Source: the human T2T-CHM13v2.0 reference genome, Homo sapiens
Assembly (NCBI RefSeq): GCF_009914755.1
Contig: NC_060947.1
Strand: one strand, 5' to 3'
DNA: 64,000 nt
Shown piece by piece: positions 62,391-64,000 of this stretch. The position numbers were made by a program, and so were the translations under genes. Under the pieces are notes generated by a model. It saw only the letters and a list, made by a program, of their open reading frames with translations, was not told the origin of the DNA and did no database searches. Position 1 is the first letter of the stretch. Each line of letters opens with the position of its first letter.

Positions 62391-64000
<1,610 letters not shown>

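Overview
Eukaryotic, almost certainly human, AT-rich gene-desert DNA; it carries an L1HS pre-Ta element and young AluY copies. There is no intact protein-coding gene. Positions 1 to ~55.5 kb and 62.4-64 kb are almost entirely nested interspersed repeats: L1 of many ages, MaLR (MLT1, MST, THE1), ERVL/MLT2, a MER50-type LTR, Alu, MER2/MER44 DNA transposons, MIR and L2. Two processed pseudogenes are present on the minus strand: a 5'-truncated EIF3J and a full-length RPL22. There is also a TA-rich block with a 38-bp minisatellite and a perfect palindrome. The only extended low-repeat island is ~56-62.1 kb, which has enhancer-like motif clusters and a possible spliced exon pair. From memory and unverified, this pseudogene pair suggests the Xq21.1 desert upstream of POU3F4. 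Subfamily names were assigned by eye, and boundaries of old repeats are approximate. I found no convincing new biological system. The best leads are the candidate enhancer/lncRNA island and several atypical retrotransposition or repair scars.
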